DNA of 47,238 bases, taken from the IMG/VR virus record IMGVR_UViG_3300029823_000002, positions 1 to 47,238 of that record; one strand, written 5' to 3'. The position numbers were made by a program, and so were the translations under genes. Positions 42,439 to 47,238 of the stretch are shown here, piece by piece. Origin of the DNA: a virus. Taxonomy: Duplodnaviria > Caudoviricetes. The first letter of the stretch is position 1. Each line of letters begins with the position of its first letter. The notes beneath the pieces were generated by a model. The model was not told where the DNA came from. It worked only from the letters and a program-made list of their open reading frames with translations, and did not search any database.

Positions 42439-45324
42439 TTACGATCTCATCTTTTGAGACAATTCTTTTTGCTTTTGCTTAAGTTGTTCGGTTAATTGTT
42501 TGGCGCGGTTCTCGTAACTCATGGCTGCGGCCACTTGCCCTCTGCTTCTCAAGCGGGATGCTTCGCGCCGGTTATAATTGATCTCCGATTTAATGTTTGA
42601 GATTTCTCTTTCACTTCGCGCAATTAACGCACTCTTGCCCTTCTGAACATCATACTTATATTGCTTTAATCCTGTTAAGTACGTTTCGGCACGGTCTTGT
42701 CCGGGGGCATCCACCTTATGCGGACGCTCTGCCTTAAAGTTCATTCCTTGCCCTTTAAGCATGGAATTTAATGCTCCAAAGATATTGCCCGGATTAGTGC
42801 GGTCGAGTTCAGACAAGGGTCGCAATTGCCTTAAAGCGTGAGCGGCTTTATTGCGCATATCAAGACCTAACATATTTGTTTGCGCTCCTGGTGTTCGCTC
42901 AATATCCTCGCCAAAGGCAAAGTTTTTGTTTGTTGCTAGCTCCAGGGGAAGTTTGGCCGGAGTCAGCATTGACCCCAAAAGCTGACCTATGTTAGCAAGC
43001 TCCAAAGGTTGAACAGCAGGTAAATAACTTCTGAGAGGTAAATGAGCCGGTTCGCCATCAGCAGTTCTGATCGGGACACCCATGTTCTCCTGAATCCAAT
43101 CAGAAGCAAATGCCTGATTAGGGGCATTGGGATCTTTGATAGCATTAACCGCTTTAGGTATTGTCGCAAATTTACCGGGGTTCTTAGCTAAGGATTCGAG
43201 CTGCAAGGGAATGTTTTTGCGCGGGAACGTGTAGAATGGGAACATTCTTTTCATTACTTGCTTTTCAAAGTCAGTCAGATCACCATAATCGAAAAGGTAT
43301 TTGTTAACGGCTGCGGCTGCATCTTCTGAAACATGCCCCTTTTTAATTTTGTCAAGGAAGTTTGCTAATCTGGCATTATCTTCGATTGAGCTTCCAACCT
43401 TACGCCCCGCCCGAATCGCCGCATTGTTCTTCGATAATGGATTTAAGGATTGTTTGAGAGAAGGAGTGGTTAACCCTTCTTCTATGCTCTTACCAACATC
43501 AACATTAAAAAAGCCGGTGTCAAGTGCGCCGGTCTTTTTTGCTTGTTCCATAGCGTCCCTTAAAGTTAATTTCTGTCCGGTGTCAGTTACAATCTCTTTG
43601 TCAAGCCATTTACTTAACCCTAATTTGTCTCCAAGCTTTGAGCTGCCAACCTGTGCTTTAAGCGAATCAACATAATTACCTATGCCAACATCATTCAAAT
43701 AGTTTTGCCATACGTTGCCGACAAGGTTTCTCGAATGGTATGAAGGAAATAAAGGTAGTGTTTGTGCTTTCCACCATGATAAACCTTGATCATACGCATC
43801 AAGTACCGGTTTAACCGCTTTGGATAATTCGGAAGGAGCGGCTTTGACAATCTCTTTCTCAATCTCTCGCGCAACTTCTTCCGGAAACAGTTTGCCGTCC
43901 AGCTTTTTGAGGTATGGATCGGTTTTGCGAAGTCCCTTCGGAGTAAAGAAAGATTGCTGTTTAATTGCCCTATACCCTTCAGGCAATTCTTCGGCTGCCT
44001 CTTTGCCGAATCGCTTAGTCAATTCATCCAAGTACTTAGCATTAGCAACCGCTTTTTCGGAATATGCTCTGCGCATCGAAGTTGATAAAGCGGGGTTTTC
44101 GATGAAGTCGAATCCCGCGTCAACCGCTTCTCTTGAAGTGATATTTCTTAGCTTTCTCGCTTTCATGCTCGGATGCTTTAAGCTATATGCTCTTGGAGCA
44201 GAACCGACAAGCGTCTTGTCGGGTTTGTTTTTGAAATAACGCGGGATATACTCCATGAATTCACTTGATAGTTCAGGAGTATCAATACCGACTTTTCTTT
44301 CTGCTTCAAGCGTTTCACGCAACATGCGGCTTATATCATTAACCACATTCTGCACTTCTTGCGGTTGCTTCACAAGTTTATCAACATTGTGAACATATGC
44401 CCGTGGACTCAATGAAGCAGAAGTTATGCTGGGTTTGCTGTGTAAAGGCTTAATGTTGGAAGGCAATCTTTGTCCGGATTTAATAAAAGAAGTGTTAGGC
44501 ATTTCTACTAAGTCCCGAATTCGCTTTTCATCTACACCCAATTTACCTAAGTCTTGTATGCGTTTACTTAAATCCAATCCTTCTTCTTGCACTTTGCCTA
44601 ACTGATAACGCAAAGGATTATCTCTTACTGCTTTGCGTATCGATTGCATTTCTTTTCCGGCTTCGGTCAAAGGTTTAGTGGAGAACATTCGATGTACTGC
44701 GCCGCCCAAAGGTGTTTGAGCGATCTTTCCCCACGCCTTTCCGGGAGCAGACATGATCGCCGCTTCCGCTTTGGCAGGTAATACCGGTAGTCTTTTACCG
44801 GCAATCTGTACCAATGCGCGATCACCCATGCGGACTTGATCGACAATATCATCTGCCAGATCAAGTGGCTTACCCGCTTTACGCAGGGTGTTCACAAACT
44901 TACCAACTTTACTCACATCGTCAACCTTGGAACCGGCTTTCGCTGCGGTTGTTGCAATGCCCTTTAGTTTACCAGCTTTGGTTAACCCGCCGAACGAAAC
45001 AAGATTAAGAGGATCCAAGATAAGGTTTCCAAGGAATCCTCCAACCTTTGCCCCTGCGCCCTTAACTCCGAATTCATCTTCAAGGATTTTAGTATAGTCG
45101 CCCTTTTCTTCTCCGGTGACTCCACCTTTTAACCCTTGCCATAGCGAGGAAAGGAATTCTTCAGGCTTACCCTTGTATTCGTTTTGCGCTAAGTCAATAA
45201 ACCTTTTGGCGGTATTAGCAGAAACATATTGCCCACGCGAAAGAAGATCAAATACTGTTTGTAACAGATTTTGCTTTTCTTTGGGGGCAGGAGGTGCAAT
45301 GGGTTTATATCGTAAAGCCATCAA
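42439..45324 (-). CDS. Large internal virion / DNA ejection protein
   Basis: 961 aa, last of three ejection-type genes, 'LDPLN', 'WK...L....YH.RN..GN', 'FDY..LT.FE...MKR..PFYTF.RKN.P'. Confidence 0.7.
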   Translation of the reverse strand: MMALRYKPIAPPAPKEKQNLLQTVFDLLSRGQYVSANTAKRFIDLAQNEYKGKPEEFLSSLWQGLKGGVTGEEKGDYTKILEDEFGVKGAGAKVGGFLGNLILDPLNLVSFGGLTKAGKLKGIATTAAKAGSKVDDVSKVGKFVNTLRKAGKPLDLADDIVDQVRMGDRALVQIAGKRLPVLPAKAEAAIMSAPGKAWGKIAQTPLGGAVHRMFSTKPLTEAGKEMQSIRKAVRDNPLRYQLGKVQEEGLDLSKRIQDLGKLGVDEKRIRDLVEMPNTSFIKSGQRLPSNIKPLHSKPSITSASLSPRAYVHNVDKLVKQPQEVQNVVNDISRMLRETLEAERKVGIDTPELSSEFMEYIPRYFKNKPDKTLVGSAPRAYSLKHPSMKARKLRNITSREAVDAGFDFIENPALSTSMRRAYSEKAVANAKYLDELTKRFGKEAAEELPEGYRAIKQQSFFTPKGLRKTDPYLKKLDGKLFPEEVAREIEKEIVKAAPSELSKAVKPVLDAYDQGLSWWKAQTLPLFPSYHSRNLVGNVWQNYLNDVGIGNYVDSLKAQVGSSKLGDKLGLSKWLDKEIVTDTGQKLTLRDAMEQAKKTGALDTGFFNVDVGKSIEEGLTTPSLKQSLNPLSKNNAAIRAGRKVGSSIEDNARLANFLDKIKKGHVSEDAAAAVNKYLFDYGDLTDFEKQVMKRMFPFYTFPRKNIPLQLESLAKNPGKFATIPKAVNAIKDPNAPNQAFASDWIQENMGVPIRTADGEPAHLPLRSYLPAVQPLELANIGQLLGSMLTPAKLPLELATNKNFAFGEDIERTPGAQTNMLGLDMRNKAAHALRQLRPLSELDRTNPGNIFGALNSMLKGQGMNFKAERPHKVDAPGQDRAETYLTGLKQYKYDVQKGKSALIARSEREISNIKSEINYNRREASRLRSRGQVAAAMSYENRAKQLTEQLKQKQKELSQKMRS

Positions 45325-45333
45325 GACACCTCC

Positions 45334-46725
45334 TTAATGCCAAGACGGGAAGACTTCATTGAACGCCTGTCGCGCCCTTTGTTGTCCAGCAAGTGTTTGG
45401 AGTTCCTTGAGTACAATTTGAACGACACCCCCGCTTACGTTTCTCATCGAGGACTTAGAAGATTGCAGTGCCGCCAACGCCATTTCCGCATTGCCGCCTG
45501 TTTGCTGAAGTAAATTCTGCAGTAATGCTTTGGCGTTTACTTTGTCCTGCGAGTTTTGACGGGCAATTGCGCCTTGATCCCCTGCGGCTTGTTTGGTTTC
45601 CTCAGCGAACTTAGGATATTTCCACGCCATGTAGTCATTGTAATACTTTTGGGGATCAGCAACACCTAGTGTCGGAGCGGCGGCGAAGAATACTCCGGGA
45701 TCGTATTCAATGAGGTATTCAAGGAAGTTTGTGGGGAAATTCTCGTATCCAGCAACAGGATTGCCGTAATCGTCAACCGCTTTGTTACGGTCATACTCGT
45801 ATTGTTTATTCAAGAGAGTAAGAGTGTCCTTATCAATAGTTCCCCATCCCCCGCCAAACACATTGAAGTCTCCGGATGACTTGGCTTGCGGATTGCGTAA
45901 ATTCCATATCTGCGCTTCGGTTAATTCATTCCCTAATCTTGTTGCTTCTGTTTCAAGTCCTGGAGCTGCTATCATGGCACCCATTCTATTTTTGTTGTAA
46001 TCAGTGCCAGCCAGAGAATCATATAAACTCTTATCCAAGCTGAACATAGATTCATTCTTTTTCGCTTCTGCGGTATCAGCCGCCAACTGCGCAGCATAGT
46101 GCCTTGCGGTTGCTTCTGGAATTCCCGCGCCGATAAGAGCATTGGTAATCAAGCTTTGATACTGCTTTTGTTCAAGGTCGAGTTCTTGTCCTCTTAAATC
46201 ATTCTGTTGTGTCTTCATTTTGTAATCGCTTGTAAGTTGAATAGGAGCATTAGGACTTAACCCAACCTCTGAACCCCTACCCAGCGAAGCGGCGGATTCG
46301 GCAGTATTGGCGCGGTTGCCCCACAAATCACTTGTAAAACCGCTTATTTGAGAATCGATCATGGGATTAAAATAATCCGGTTGCCTGTATCTATCGTACA
46401 GTTGTGTGTTGAATCGGTTTTCGGCTATGCCGGAATCATAATCACTCAAAGTAAAGTCTTTATATCCCTGCAATAAAGAAGGGTCTGATTTTGTTTGCGC
46501 CCATGCGACATCGGTTAATCCAATGGGTTTGTCAATCGTTGTCCATTTATCTGCCGCCCTGCCCTCCTGTGCTTCGGCACGTTTGTTAGCGGCTTCCTGC
46601 ATTGCCTTTTGAAACTGTTGCATTTCCCAATCGTTGGCAAGCTGAAGACCACTTTTGATGGCGGGGCCAATCTTCTTTCCGAACGTTCCCCAAAAGCTAT
46701 TAGTATTTGCCTTTTTTACAGCCAT
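45334..46725 (-). CDS. Internal virion / DNA ejection protein
   Basis: 463 aa, Ala/Gln-rich helical, between the other ejection genes. Confidence 0.6.
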   Translation of the reverse strand: MAVKKANTNSFWGTFGKKIGPAIKSGLQLANDWEMQQFQKAMQEAANKRAEAQEGRAADKWTTIDKPIGLTDVAWAQTKSDPSLLQGYKDFTLSDYDSGIAENRFNTQLYDRYRQPDYFNPMIDSQISGFTSDLWGNRANTAESAASLGRGSEVGLSPNAPIQLTSDYKMKTQQNDLRGQELDLEQKQYQSLITNALIGAGIPEATARHYAAQLAADTAEAKKNESMFSLDKSLYDSLAGTDYNKNRMGAMIAAPGLETEATRLGNELTEAQIWNLRNPQAKSSGDFNVFGGGWGTIDKDTLTLLNKQYEYDRNKAVDDYGNPVAGYENFPTNFLEYLIEYDPGVFFAAAPTLGVADPQKYYNDYMAWKYPKFAEETKQAAGDQGAIARQNSQDKVNAKALLQNLLQQTGGNAEMALAALQSSKSSMRNVSGGVVQIVLKELQTLAGQQRARQAFNEVFPSWH

Positions 46726-46736
46726 TGTTTCACCTC

Positions 46737-47238
46737 CTATGCTCCTATCAATTTAATTATAATCGGGACTATTTCTGCGAGGTTAGCAAAGAAATCTCCG
46801 GTGGCATTACCCTCCTGCGCTTCGAGCATCCTTTCATTTAATTGCGCTACCCAATCCTGATCTGCTATGTGCTGTTGCATACCGTAGAGATCGGACATTT
46901 TATTCCAGGGATCATGCGCTTGTCCGAACCCGCCAAGCCCCGATAAAGCATATTGCCTTGCAGATTCAGTAGCCTTTTGATTCTCCCATGCTAGTTCAGC
47001 CATTTTGTTAGACTGTGCTTGCTCCCAGTTCTGCATTTCCTCAACATTCCTGCGGTTAGCTTCGCCTGAATTCATGAGTCCTTGTCTTTGATTGTACCGA
47101 TCAATATCGGTCATCGTGTTGTCGTGTGACTTTTGCGCTTGATTCTGCCAAGCATTATACATGTTGTTGACTTGATCGTTTGACCAGAACTGCCAATTAG
47201 GATCGAGACGCTGTTGAAGTCCTTCGGTATACTGTTTT
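46737..47238 (-). CDS. 3' part of the junction-spanning ejection/pilot protein (continues from 1..328)
   Basis: In frame with 1..328 through the terminal repeat. Confidence 0.7.
   Translation of the reverse strand, partial: KQYTEGLQQRLDPNWQFWSNDQVNNMYNAWQNQAQKSHDNTMTDIDRYNQRQGLMNSGEANRRNVEEMQNWEQAQSNKMAELAWENQKATESARQYALSGLGGFGQAHDPWNKMSDLYGMQQHIADQDWVAQLNERMLEAQEGNATGDFFANLAEIVPIIIKLIGA
47153..47238. repeat. Terminal direct repeat, copy 2
   Basis: Identical to 1-86. Confidence 0.97.

Noticed and set aside
1-47238. CRISPR array or diversity-generating retroelement
   Set aside because: No regularly spaced repeat-spacer array, reverse transcriptase or TR/VR pair was seen by eye

Overview
Apparently complete circular genome (47,152 bp unique; bases 1-86 are repeated at 47153-47238) of a temperate, short-tailed (P22/podovirus-type) phage. 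The host is probably a Bacillota species, judging by sigma-A promoters, GGAGG ribosome-binding sites and three Firmicute LexA boxes. Most genes lie on the minus strand. These are a replication/recombination block (Sak4-like ATPase, DnaB helicase, SSB, Holliday junction resolvase), three DNA methyltransferases, an ArpU-like activator, nucleotide-metabolism genes, terminase, portal, scaffold, capsid, tail and ejection proteins, and lysis genes. No classical full-length integrase was recognised. Instead there is a ParM/ParR-like partition pair, an FtsK plus replication-relaxation pair and a catalytic-domain-only tyrosine recombinase, which suggests a phage-plasmid lifestyle. The main highlight is a plus-strand 'early' island (20.6-25.7 kb) in which nearly every intergenic spacer holds a structured RNA: two circularly permuted twister ribozymes, two copies of an unrecognised covarying stem motif and two long hairpins. 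Other highlights are a truncated tnpB with an intact-looking omegaRNA end inserted exactly into the start codon of a Tad2-like anti-defence gene, a tRNA-like RNA carrying a pseudoknot in place of the anticodon arm, a LexA-controlled ~500 nt ORF-free transcript, a 15-bp palindromic operator network, and 21-bp inverted repeats next to the recombinase. All family assignments come from motif recognition by eye, with no database searches.
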